A stretch of DNA of 64,000 nt from Gammaproteobacteria bacterium. GTDB taxonomy: Bacteria > Pseudomonadota > Gammaproteobacteria > UWMA-0217. The stretch's first letter is position 1. The number at the start of each line of letters is the position of its first letter. Below, one piece after another: positions 13,113 through 21,187 of this stretch. The notes under the pieces are model-generated. The model did no database searches, was not told the origin of the DNA, and saw only the letters and a program-made list of their open reading frames with translations. The DNA lies in NCBI GenBank assembly GCA_026981985.1, contig JALSHZ010000114.1:74428-138427 (forward strand). The letters run 5' to 3'. The translations under genes were made by a program, and so were the position numbers.

Positions 13113-14456
13113 ATGGTGGTTCGTTTTCGATATCTCGTGCCGGTGATTCTGGTCGGTAGCCTGTTGTCATCGGTGAGTGTTCAAGCGAAGGAGTTCATAC
13201 CGCGCCTGGGCATCACAATGGAGAATCACTCCAATGCCAGCCGAACAGATGATCCCGATGCGGAGATTGCCGACACGTTGATGCGGCCATATTTTGGCTT
13301 TACCTTCAAGGAAAACACGACTGACTTGAAAGCGCAGGCCGATGTGCTGCTGCTGCAGGAGTCGTACAGCAAGAATACCTTCGATACGCAGTTCCTGCCG
13401 ACGGTTGACGTAACCTTGGACTGGACGATTCAGCCGAACCGCCTCTCCTGGGTCGTCGAGGACTACGCCTATGCCCAGCGCATTACCATTGTAGGCGCTG
13501 ATACACCTGACAACCGGCAGATATTCAATGTGCTGGCAACCGGGCCGGATTTTGTCTTTGCTCGCGGGCTGTACGACGGTCTCGCCAAATTACGGTTGGC
13601 GGATGTCTACTATTCTGAGTCTGACCAGGACAACCAGCGGCTGATCACCACCGGCACGCTGACCCGGGCGCTGAATGAATACAGCGATGTGGGCGTTGAG
13701 GGCAGCCTCTCCTCCGTCAAGTTCGAGGAAGATTATCTGATCGACTACGACCTGGTCTCCATCGTCGCCAGGTATAACCGCGATATGCCGTTCGGTGAGC
13801 TCGACGTGCGCGGCGGGGTCAATTACGTTGACTATGAGATTGGAGCCAGTGAGTCTACACCGGCCTTGGCGCTGAAGGTCAGTAGCTACGAAGGGGCCTT
13901 GCACTCCTGGAGTTTGACCTACTCGAACAAATACACAGATCCCGCAATGGATGCCTACGATCCTTTCTATTCGCGCTTGCTCGATGTCAGTGAAACGCGG
14001 GTGATCGATCCTGGCAAGATCGTTGGGGTTGGTGTCTACGAGACGGAACGAACGGAACTCAACTATGGTTACAACGGCGCCAGAATTGGCCTGACACTGG
14101 GTGCGTTTGCTGGCAGCAGCGGTTTCCTGCTCAATGCGGCAGACGATGGGGAAGAAAAAGGTGGTGGTGTCGGCCTGAGTTACCTCGTATCGGAGCGCAT
14201 GACATTGTGGCTGGATTATTACCAGTCTCGTACGGAGTTTCCCAACAATCCCAATGGTAGTTTTGCCGAGACGGCATCACCCAGTTTCGGGATCAGCTAT
14301 GCTATCACCGATAGCCTGAATATTGTCGGCGGCGCATATAGTACAGATAACGACAGTGATATTCGTGACCCGGAGACCAACAAGCTGACACAAAAATACA
14401 AAGACAGCGTGTTGTACCTGACGGTCGAGTACAAGGGGCAATCAAAGCGGTTCTAA
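13113..14456 (+). CDS. Outer-membrane beta-barrel protein of the polysaccharide export locus (PEP-CTERM-locus OMP type), 447 aa
   Basis: Signal peptide ending VQA-KE. Amphipathic beta-strand periodicity is abundant. The C-terminus ...LYLTVEYKGQSKRF ends with a terminal Phe, the OMP signature. Confidence 0.55.
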   Translation: MVVRFRYLVPVILVGSLLSSVSVQAKEFIPRLGITMENHSNASRTDDPDAEIADTLMRPYFGFTFKENTTDLKAQADVLLLQESYSKNTFDTQFLPTVDVTLDWTIQPNRLSWVVEDYAYAQRITIVGADTPDNRQIFNVLATGPDFVFARGLYDGLAKLRLADVYYSESDQDNQRLITTGTLTRALNEYSDVGVEGSLSSVKFEEDYLIDYDLVSIVARYNRDMPFGELDVRGGVNYVDYEIGASESTPALALKVSSYEGALHSWSLTYSNKYTDPAMDAYDPFYSRLLDVSETRVIDPGKIVGVGVYETERTELNYGYNGARIGLTLGAFAGSSGFLLNAADDGEEKGGGVGLSYLVSERMTLWLDYYQSRTEFPNNPNGSFAETASPSFGISYAITDSLNIVGGAYSTDNDSDIRDPETNKLTQKYKDSVLYLTVEYKGQSKRF

Positions 14457-14458
14457 TC

Positions 14459-15739
14459 ATGTATCTAGAGCATTTCAATCTCGAATCCGATCCGTTCCGC
14501 CTGTCTCCTGACTCCAAGTTTTTCTATCCGAGTCTGGCGCATAGCACGGCCAAGAACTACATGGACTATGTGCTGTGGAGCCGTGACAGCTTTATTGTCA
14601 TTACCGGCGAAATCGGCACCGGCAAGACCACGCTGATCCAGAAAATGCTGGAAGAAGCGGGCTCCAAGATCACCGTTGCGAAGATCCACCAGACCCAGCT
14701 GAACGAGGTTGAATTCATTCAGGCCTTGCTCGACCAACTGGGTGTCAATCCTTTTCATACTCAGTCGAAAGTCGAGCTGCTGAGCATGCTCAACCACTTT
14801 TTGCAGCGCAAATATGAGGAAGGCGAGACGGTCGTTGTCGTCATCGATGAAGCGCAAAATCTCGATGAGCGTGTGCTCGAAGAAATCCGACTGATGTCCG
14901 GTTTCGATTCGAATCGGGAAAAGCTGCTGAATATCTTCCTGGTTGGTCAGCCTGAGCTGCGTCGTGTGTTGGCGCGCCCCAGCATGGAGCAGCTGTTCCA
15001 GCGCATCCGCTTGCGATTTCATCTCGACGGTTTGGGGTTTGACGAAGTCCGCTCGTATATCCGCTTTCGTCTGGCGACAGCTTCGGCAGCAAAATTTACG
15101 CCGGTATCGCCTGCTGCCAAGTTACTGACCTATCAGGTGAATGAGGAAGACATCGAGTTGCCGAACGATCTGTTTCCAGACGAGCTGCTCAGCACCGTTA
15201 TTGAATACACCGGGGGTATTCCACGGCTGATCAATACCTTGTGTGATACGGCGTTGCTGACCGCTTATTCCCGTGATCACGACAAAGTCACGCAGGAAGA
15301 TATGGCATCGGCGATCGAGGATTTGCAATGGGATCCATACGCAACCCGCTCCAGCTTCCGCAATGAAGCGAAAGGTGATGTGTCGGGGTATCAGCTGCAA
15401 GTGTTCAAGCATGGCACCCTGCTGTCTGTTGAGCCATTGAACAAGGATCGGGTGCTGATTGGGCGCAGTCATCTCTGTGATCTCAAGATCGATCAGAAGT
15501 CCGTCAGCGGGAAGCACTGCCAGTTGCTGAAAACGCCTGAGGGCTACCTCATCGAGGACCTCAACAGCACCAACGGCACAATGGTCAACGGTGAGAAGAT
15601 CGAATCGAAGTTGCTGGAAGATGGCGATGTGATTGAAGTCGGACGCTATGCGCTCAGATTCGAAAAAGCCAGCAAGGAAGATCAGCAGCCAGGCAACGTA
15701 ACAAGCATGGCGCCGCAGCAACGGTTTTTCGCCAACTGA
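14459..15739 (+). CDS. ExeA/GspA-like AAA ATPase (PEP-CTERM-locus secretion ATPase type) fused to a C-terminal FHA domain, 426 aa
   Basis: Walker A is ITGEIGTGKTTLIQ and Walker B is VVVIDEAQNLD. The N-terminus (MYLEHFNLESDPFRLSPDSKFFY) is typical of ExeA-like ATPases. The C-terminal 100 aa read LIGRSHLCDLKIDQKSVSGKHCQL...IEDLNSTNGTMVNGEKI, a canonical FHA motif (GR...SR/GKH...NSTNGT..NG). Confidence 0.7.
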   Translation: MYLEHFNLESDPFRLSPDSKFFYPSLAHSTAKNYMDYVLWSRDSFIVITGEIGTGKTTLIQKMLEEAGSKITVAKIHQTQLNEVEFIQALLDQLGVNPFHTQSKVELLSMLNHFLQRKYEEGETVVVVIDEAQNLDERVLEEIRLMSGFDSNREKLLNIFLVGQPELRRVLARPSMEQLFQRIRLRFHLDGLGFDEVRSYIRFRLATASAAKFTPVSPAAKLLTYQVNEEDIELPNDLFPDELLSTVIEYTGGIPRLINTLCDTALLTAYSRDHDKVTQEDMASAIEDLQWDPYATRSSFRNEAKGDVSGYQLQVFKHGTLLSVEPLNKDRVLIGRSHLCDLKIDQKSVSGKHCQLLKTPEGYLIEDLNSTNGTMVNGEKIESKLLEDGDVIEVGRYALRFEKASKEDQQPGNVTSMAPQQRFFAN

Positions 15740-15784
15740 CGCTGTTGTGATAGGCTTCCCCGCTGATTTAACGGGAAAGCTGCT

Positions 15785-16261
15785 ATGGCAAACATCAATA
15801 TCATCGAAGGCGATTTCCGCCTTGAGCAGGCCAATATTGGCCTGATCGCATCCAGATTCAATAGCTTTATCGTGCAGAGCCTCGTCGAGGGCGCGAAAGA
15901 TACGCTGAATCGCCAGCTTGGCCCCGATGCCAGCTATGATCTCATCTACGTTCCGGGCGCGCTGGAAATCCCCCTCGCCGCAACCGCGATGGCGAAAACC
16001 GGTAAATATGACGCCATTGTTGCGCTGGGGGCGGTGATTCGTGGCGCCACACCGCATTTCGATCTCGTTGCCAACGAAAGCTCGAAGGGGCTGGCGCAGG
16101 TGTCGCTAGAATTCGGGATGCCGGTCATCAATGCGATTCTGACGACCAACACCATCGAACAGGCCATCGAACGCGCTGGCACCAAGGCTGGCAACAAGGG
16201 AGCGGAAGCCGCAGCGGGTGCCATTGAAATGGTGAGCTTGCTGCAGAAGATCAATGCCTAG
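15785..16261 (+). CDS. ribH: 6,7-dimethyl-8-ribityllumazine synthase
   Basis: MANINIIEGDF... then near identity to RibH over ...IERAGTKAGNKGAEAA... Confidence 0.9.
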   Translation: MANINIIEGDFRLEQANIGLIASRFNSFIVQSLVEGAKDTLNRQLGPDASYDLIYVPGALEIPLAATAMAKTGKYDAIVALGAVIRGATPHFDLVANESSKGLAQVSLEFGMPVINAILTTNTIEQAIERAGTKAGNKGAEAAAGAIEMVSLLQKINA

Positions 16262-16302
16262 CGCCATGCACGAGCTGCGCTCGTCCCCCCTCATCCCAGC
16301 CT

Positions 16303-16414
16303 TCTCCCCTCGCGGGGGAGAGGCTAGATACCACCGTGCTGCGGGTGACTCCTTCTGTTCAGTCCACGAGCCACGCTCATTTTCACTCGCCCAAACCTTC
16401 TCCCCTTCGGGGAG
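16303..16414. repeat. Two short GC-rich palindromic (REP-like) hairpins of the CTCCCC-loop-GGGGAG family in the ribH-nusB spacer (16303-16321 tctcccctcgcgggggaga; 16400-16414 ctccccttcggggag)
   Basis: Read directly from the sequence. A third member of the same family lies between pilC and pilD at 56857-56879 (ccctctcccccaaggggagaggg). Confidence 0.45.
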
Positions 16415-16449
16415 GCAGGGTGTTCCTGGCGGTTGCAAGGTTTTAGTCA

Positions 16450-16917
16450 ATGATGAAACATCACGCGAGTAACGCCGCACGGCGAGAAAATCAGCGTCGT
16501 AGCATGGCGCGCCGGCTGGCAATGCAGGCGTTGTACCAGTGGCATCTTACCGACCATCCTGCGGGGCAGATCTGTCTTCAGTTCAAGGACGACATCGACT
16601 ATCCGAAAGCCGACTCGGATTATTTCTGCCGCATCGTCCGCGAAGTTATCGAACGGCATGACGAGCTGGATGGCTATCTCGCGCCGCATATCGTGCGGGG
16701 CATTGAAACGCTGGACCCTGTGTCCCATGCGGTGTTGCAGATTGCGGCCTGGGAGATGGCGCACGAACCTTCCGTGCCGTTCAAGGTGGTTATCAACGAG
16801 GCGGTTTCTTTGACGAAAAAGTTCGGCGCGACCGACGCCTATAAAATGGTCAATGGCGTCGTAGACAAGCTCGTGCCGCAGTTTCGGGCGTTGGAAAGGA
16901 AGGCGGCCAAGGGCTGA
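16450..16917 (+). CDS. nusB: Transcription antitermination factor NusB
   Basis: RRLAMQALYQW... conserved NusB N-terminus, about 155 aa, directly after ribH as in most Proteobacteria. Confidence 0.9.
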   Translation: MMKHHASNAARRENQRRSMARRLAMQALYQWHLTDHPAGQICLQFKDDIDYPKADSDYFCRIVREVIERHDELDGYLAPHIVRGIETLDPVSHAVLQIAAWEMAHEPSVPFKVVINEAVSLTKKFGATDAYKMVNGVVDKLVPQFRALERKAAKG

Positions 16918-17885
16918 TGCCGCTCGGTGAATTCGACCTCATCCAGCAATTTTTCACCCGCGATCAGGATCAGCCGGGCCTTGTCGTTGGGATTGGCGAC
17001 GATGCCGCTGTCGTCAAGATTCCGCCCGACCGGCGGCTGGTTGTCACGGCTGATACGCTGGTCGCTGGTGTTCACTTTCCTGAGCAAGCAAGCCCTGAGG
17101 ACATTGGCTACAAATCTCTGGCGGTGAATCTCAGTGATCTCGGGGCGATGGGTGCGATCCCCCGCTGGTACACGCTTTCGTTGACGCTGCCGGTCGCGAA
17201 TGAAGCTTGGCTGTCTGCTTTTTCCACTGGCTTGCAACTGTTGGAAACGGAGGAGGCGGTGGTGCTGATCGGTGGCGATACGACTCGCGGCCCGCTATCG
17301 ATTTCGATTCAGGCGATGGGGTTGGTTCGTCCTGGGGCGGCAGTGCTGCGCTCAGGGGCGAACGCCGGTGATGATATCTATGTCACCGGAACACTCGGTG
17401 ATGCGGCGCTCGGTTTGCAGTCTGTTGTGGGGGAGGTGTCCGAATCCCTGTTGCCTGGCTCGGCGTTGGCTGGTTGTATCGATCGACTCAATCGCCCCCA
17501 GCCGCGCACCATCGCTGGTTATTCCCTGGCGCCGTTCGTCACCGCGATGATCGACTGCTCCGATGGTTTTACTGCCGATCTGGGCCATATCCTGCGTGCC
17601 AGCGGTTGTGGTGCCGAGGTGATGCTGGAGAGTCTGCCGCTGTCGTCAGCAGTGCGGTGCTGGGTTGAATCGCAAGGCTGGCAGCTGCCACTGTCGGGTG
17701 GCGATGACTACGAACTCATTTTTACCGCCGACTCGGCCCAGCGCGAGGTGATCAATGGTATTGCAGAGAATCTGCATTGCGCGATCACCCCGGTTGGAAA
17801 AGTCGTGCCTGGTGCCGGTCTCAAGCTGATTAAGCGAGATGGCGTTGTTGTTGAATCCGATCCCAGAGGATACACGCACTTTTGA
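16917..17885 (+). CDS. thiL: Thiamine-monophosphate kinase
   Basis: AIR-synthase-related fold with the motifs GEFDLIQ...GDDAAV and GGDTTRGPL. It sits in the conserved nusB-thiL-pgpA order. Confidence 0.85.
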   Translation: MPLGEFDLIQQFFTRDQDQPGLVVGIGDDAAVVKIPPDRRLVVTADTLVAGVHFPEQASPEDIGYKSLAVNLSDLGAMGAIPRWYTLSLTLPVANEAWLSAFSTGLQLLETEEAVVLIGGDTTRGPLSISIQAMGLVRPGAAVLRSGANAGDDIYVTGTLGDAALGLQSVVGEVSESLLPGSALAGCIDRLNRPQPRTIAGYSLAPFVTAMIDCSDGFTADLGHILRASGCGAEVMLESLPLSSAVRCWVESQGWQLPLSGGDDYELIFTADSAQREVINGIAENLHCAITPVGKVVPGAGLKLIKRDGVVVESDPRGYTHF

Positions 17886-18370
17886 AAAAACAGCCCGAAA
17901 AAATCCCCGTGCGCGTGGTGTTTTCGAACCCCATCCACTGGCTGGCCTTCGGCTTTGGCAGCGGGCTCGCGCCGGTCGCGCCCGGCACCTTTGGCACCCT
18001 GGTGGGCATCCCGTTTTTCATCGCCATGGCCGGGTTGCCACTGCCGCTGTTTCTGGCGCTGACCCTGCTGTTGTTTGTCGTCGGCGTGTGGATTTGCGAC
18101 CGCTCCTCCGCCGCGCTCGGTGTGCATGATCACCCCGGCATTGTCTGGGATGAAATTGTCGGCTACCTCGTGACGATGATCGCCGCGCCGCTGCAATGGC
18201 AGTGGCTGCTGATTGGATTCCTGCTGTTTCGACTGTTCGACATCCTCAAGCCCTGGCCGATTCGTTGGCTCGATCGCCGCGTCGGCGGTGGCTTCGGTAT
18301 CATGGTGGACGATTTGCTGGCAGGCATTTTCTCGCTCGCAATCATGCAGCTGCTACTGGCGATTTATTAG
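17882..18370 (+). CDS. pgpA: Phosphatidylglycerophosphatase A (TTG start overlapping the thiL stop)
   Basis: [32 protein letters not shown] is nearly identical to the PgpA signature. Confidence 0.8.
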   Translation: MKKQPEKIPVRVVFSNPIHWLAFGFGSGLAPVAPGTFGTLVGIPFFIAMAGLPLPLFLALTLLLFVVGVWICDRSSAALGVHDHPGIVWDEIVGYLVTMIAAPLQWQWLLIGFLLFRLFDILKPWPIRWLDRRVGGGFGIMVDDLLAGIFSLAIMQLLLAIY

Positions 18371-18419
18371 CGCCGGTGCCTTTGCTACCATCCCCGCTCC
18401 GCAACTTTCAGAGTCGGCC

Positions 18420-19817
18420 ATGACCGTTCGTACCCGTTTTGCTCCCAGCCCCACCGGTTATCTTCACATTGGCGGTGCCCGCACCGCGCTATTTTCCTGG
18501 CTCTATGCCCGCAAGCATGGTGGCAAGTTCATCTTGCGCATTGAAGACACCGACCAGGAACGCTCCACCGACGAATCGGTGCAGGTAATTCTCGACGGCA
18601 TGGCATGGCTGGGGCTCGATTATGACGAAGGCCCGTTCTTTCAGATGCAGCGTATGGATCGCTACAAGGAGGTCATCCAGCAATTGCTCGACAATGATCA
18701 GGCCTACTACTGCTACTGCAGCAAGGAAGAGCTGGACGCGCTGCGCGAACAGCAGATGGCGCGCAAGGAAAAGCCCCGTTACGACGGCCGCTATCGCGAT
18801 TTTTGCGGCATTCCGCCGGACGGTGTTCAGCCCGTCATTCGCTTCAAGACGCCATTGGAAGGTGTCGTCGAAATTGATGACATGGTGAAGGGCAGGGTAG
18901 TGGTGGACAACCGCGAGCTAGATGACCTGATCATCGCCCGTGCCGATGGCACCCCCACGTACAACCTCACCGTGGTAGTGGACGACCTCGACATGGGCAT
19001 CACCCACGTCATTCGCGGTGACGACCACCTCAACAACACGCCGCGTCAGATCAACATTCTGCGTGCGCTTGGCGCAGAGCCGCCAAAATACGCCCATCTG
19101 CCGATGATTCTGGGTGAGGATGGCAAGCGCCTGTCGAAGCGTCACGGTGCCGTCAACGTCATGCAGTACAAGGAGGAGGGCTACCTCCCCGAGGCGCTGA
19201 TCAACTACCTGGTGCGTCTGGGCTGGTCCAGCGGCGACCAGGAAATTTTCAGCCGCGAAGAGATGATCGAACTGTTCTCCTTGGAAGGCGTGAACCGCTC
19301 GGCTTCTACCTTCAACCCCTCCAAACTGCTGTGGCTGAATGAGCAGTACATCAAGGCCATGGATGCTGAAGAACTCGCAGAGCGGTTACGCGAGAAACTC
19401 GACGTTGACACCAGTGCCGGCCCGCCCCTGGCGCGCGTCGTCGATGCACTTCGGGATCGCAGCAAGACACTGAATGACATGGCTCGTAGTGCCGCCTGGT
19501 TCTACACCGACCCCGAAAGTTACGACCCAAAGGCCGCCAAGAAACAGCTCACCCCAGCCAGCGCTGACACCCTCAGCCGCTTTGCCGAAGTGATCGACAG
19601 TGTCGAGCCCTGGAATGCCGAAGCCCTGCACCAATTCGTCGCCGACTTCGCCGCCGCCAACAACCTGAAAATGGGACAAGTCGGCATGCCACTGCGGGTA
19701 GCACTCACCGGCGGCACCAACTCCCCCGACATCGGCGTCACCCTCGAACTGATCGGCCGCGAAGCCATCAAACGACGCCTGCAAAAAGCCATCGACTGGA
19801 TACAGAGCCAGCAGTGA
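18420..19817 (+). CDS. gltX: Glutamyl-tRNA synthetase, 465 aa. The ATG at 18420 gives [23 protein letters not shown]. The ORF-track start at 18213 is an upstream in-frame artefact overlapping pgpA.
   Basis: Class I HIGH region [12 protein letters not shown] and a KLSKR (KMSKS-type) motif. Confidence 0.9.
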   Translation: MTVRTRFAPSPTGYLHIGGARTALFSWLYARKHGGKFILRIEDTDQERSTDESVQVILDGMAWLGLDYDEGPFFQMQRMDRYKEVIQQLLDNDQAYYCYCSKEELDALREQQMARKEKPRYDGRYRDFCGIPPDGVQPVIRFKTPLEGVVEIDDMVKGRVVVDNRELDDLIIARADGTPTYNLTVVVDDLDMGITHVIRGDDHLNNTPRQINILRALGAEPPKYAHLPMILGEDGKRLSKRHGAVNVMQYKEEGYLPEALINYLVRLGWSSGDQEIFSREEMIELFSLEGVNRSASTFNPSKLLWLNEQYIKAMDAEELAERLREKLDVDTSAGPPLARVVDALRDRSKTLNDMARSAAWFYTDPESYDPKAAKKQLTPASADTLSRFAEVIDSVEPWNAEALHQFVADFAAANNLKMGQVGMPLRVALTGGTNSPDIGVTLELIGREAIKRRLQKAIDWIQSQQ

Positions 19818-20015
19818 CCGCCACCCAACGGCGGCAATACCCCGCCCTGGGACCGCCGGCGTCCCGCCGGCAACACCACTGCGAGTCCACATCCCTGTGA
19901 CTGGATCACGGTGTCCCGCGGGGATGACGGAAAAGCGAAACACGACCCCACATTCGTAAACGCCGAAGCTCAGGTTCACACCGCATTACGCAGCGTTTTT
20001 TCTGTGTTTTTTCTG

Positions 20016-20058
20016 TTGACAAGAAAAAGGTCGTCGCGTAAATTACGCGCTCCCTTGC
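20016..20058 (+). promoter_or_regulatory. Sigma70-type stable-RNA promoter for the tRNA-Ala/tRNA-Glu operon: -35 TTGACA (20016-20021), 17-bp spacer, -10 TAATTA (20039-20044), a GC-rich discriminator and an AT-rich UP-like region upstream
   Basis: Sequence ...gttttttctgtgttttttctgTTGACAagaaaaaggtcgtcgcgTAATTAcgcgctccc. A 14-bp perfect palindrome CGCGTAATTACGCG spans the -10 hexamer. The tRNA begins 15 nt downstream of the -10. Confidence 0.55.
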
Positions 20059-20135
20059 AGGGGCTATAGCTCAGCTGGGAGAGCGCAACACTGGCAGTGT
20101 TGAGGTCGGCGGTTCGATCCCGCCTAGCTCCACCA
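20059..20135 (+). tRNA. tRNA-Ala (anticodon GGC)
   Basis: GGGGCTATAGCTCAGCTGGGAGAGCGC... with the G3:U70 identity pair, anticodon loop cuGGCag, GGTTCGATCC T-arm and ...TAGCTCCACCA. Confidence 0.9.
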
Positions 20136-20158
20136 AGTTCTGCAAGTCAGGTGAATGA

Positions 20159-20365
20159 GTGCTTAAGCTCGGAAGGATTTTAGTCGTCGTCGGGCTGGTT
20201 ATAACTGCGTTGTCACTGGCAATCGGTTTTACAACCATGATGATGGCGAAACCTGAGGCCAAATTCTTCCTCATGCTGGTACCAGTAGGGTTTTTGATAC
20301 TCTTCACCGGCGTAGTTATGGTTGTGATGACCGGCGAGTCACCAGAACCGCACGAGTTAGATTAG
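20159..20365 (+). CDS. Small ORF (68 aa, GTG start) predicting a two-TM membrane peptide, embedded between tRNA-Ala and tRNA-Glu
   Basis: MLKLGRILVVVGLVITALSLAIGFTTMMMAKPEAKFFLMLVPVGFLILFTGVVMVVMTGESPEPHELD has two clear hydrophobic helices. An AGGTGA Shine-Dalgarno sequence lies 5 nt upstream of the GTG. GC content here is lower than the flanks. There is no homology evidence. Confidence 0.3.
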   Translation: MLKLGRILVVVGLVITALSLAIGFTTMMMAKPEAKFFLMLVPVGFLILFTGVVMVVMTGESPEPHELD

Positions 20366-20375
20366 TGCAATCTAC

Positions 20376-20451
20376 GTCCCCTTCGTCTAGAGGCCCAGGA
20401 CTCCGCCCTTTCACGGCGGCAACAGGGGTTCGAATCCCCTAGGGGACGCCA
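20376..20451 (+). tRNA. tRNA-Glu (anticodon UUC)
   Basis: GTCCCCTTCGTCTAGAGGCCCAGGAC.CCGCCCTTTCACGGCGG.AACAGGGGTTCGAATCCCCTAGGGGACGCCA is nearly identical to E. coli tRNA-Glu. Confidence 0.92.
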
Positions 20452-20457
20452 CTATTG

Positions 20458-20490
20458 AAAAGCCCGGATCTTTGATCCGGGCTTTTTTTT
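20458..20490 (+). terminator. Rho-independent terminator of the tRNA operon
   Basis: aaaaGCCCGGATCtttgGATCCGGGCtttttttt: a perfect 9-bp GC-rich stem followed by T8. Confidence 0.8.
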
Positions 20491-20593
20491 GCCGAAATTC
20501 TCAGGCGCTATTGTTGATCAGGGTGGTGTATGGCTTGACCGTTTGTATCGATAAGAATACCGTATTACAAATCAATTATCGATAGGGTTTGTT

Positions 20594-20800
20594 ATGATGT
20601 CAGTAACAGTTTCACCAAAATATCAAGTAGTTATACCGAAAGAGGTGCGTGAGTCCATGGGGATCGTCTCTGGTCAGAAGATACAGGTTTTGACTTATCA
20701 GAATCGGATAGAACTCATACCTATCCGGCCTATGGAAAAGATGAGGGGTTTCTTGAAAGGGATAGATAGCAGCGTAAAAAGAGACAAGGATAGGGTGTGA
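20594..20800 (+). CDS. vapB: VapB-type antitoxin (SpoVT/AbrB/MazE-like swapped-hairpin DNA-binding domain), 68 aa
   Basis: VSPKYQVVIPKEVRESMGI..GQKI matches the AbrB/MazE-family N-terminal beta-barrel. Its stop overlaps the vapC start (GTGA). The islet is low-GC. Confidence 0.7.
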   Translation: MMSVTVSPKYQVVIPKEVRESMGIVSGQKIQVLTYQNRIELIPIRPMEKMRGFLKGIDSSVKRDKDRV

Positions 20801-21180
20801 ACGTCGTAGACTCATCGGCCTGGTTGTCCTTTTTCGCAGGTGATGGAAATTCGGCCGTATTTGCGAAAGCAATAGAAGCGATTGACGAGCTGGTGGTTCC
20901 AAGTATCACGCTTACAGAAGTATTCAAGTGCATCGTTCGCCAGCGAGATGAGGATGTGGCACTAGAGGCGGTTGCCCATATGGAGCAGGGGAAGGTTGTG
21001 GTGTTTGATTCCGCCTTGGCCGTTGACTCGGCAGTCTATGGCTTAAAATACAAACTACCTTTGGCGGACAGCATCATTTATGCCACAGCGAGGAAATTCG
21101 ATGCTGTTATTTGGACCCAGGATGTAGATTTCAAAGGCTTGCCAGAAGTGAATTATCTTCCGAAGGCGAAAGCTCTATAG
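20797..21180 (+). CDS. vapC: VapC PIN-domain ribonuclease toxin, 127 aa
   Basis: The PIN acidic residues are placed as expected: VVDSSAW (D5), LTEV (E), LADSIIYATA (D) and TQDVDF (D). The antitoxin gene is immediately upstream. Confidence 0.8.
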   Translation: MNVVDSSAWLSFFAGDGNSAVFAKAIEAIDELVVPSITLTEVFKCIVRQRDEDVALEAVAHMEQGKVVVFDSALAVDSAVYGLKYKLPLADSIIYATARKFDAVIWTQDVDFKGLPEVNYLPKAKAL

Positions 21181-21187
21181 AGTAAGG

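Noticed and set aside
15122-16057. 311-aa minus-strand ORF spanning the FHA-ATPase 3' end, the spacer and ribH
   Set aside because: It is antisense to two well-supported genes, has no recognisable domain, and its composition is typical of a GC-rich antisense frame.
18213-18419. ORF-track N-terminal extension of gltX (69 extra Cys/Ser-rich codons overlapping pgpA)
   Set aside because: GltX homology begins at [16 protein letters not shown], so the upstream stretch is an out-of-context frame of pgpA.
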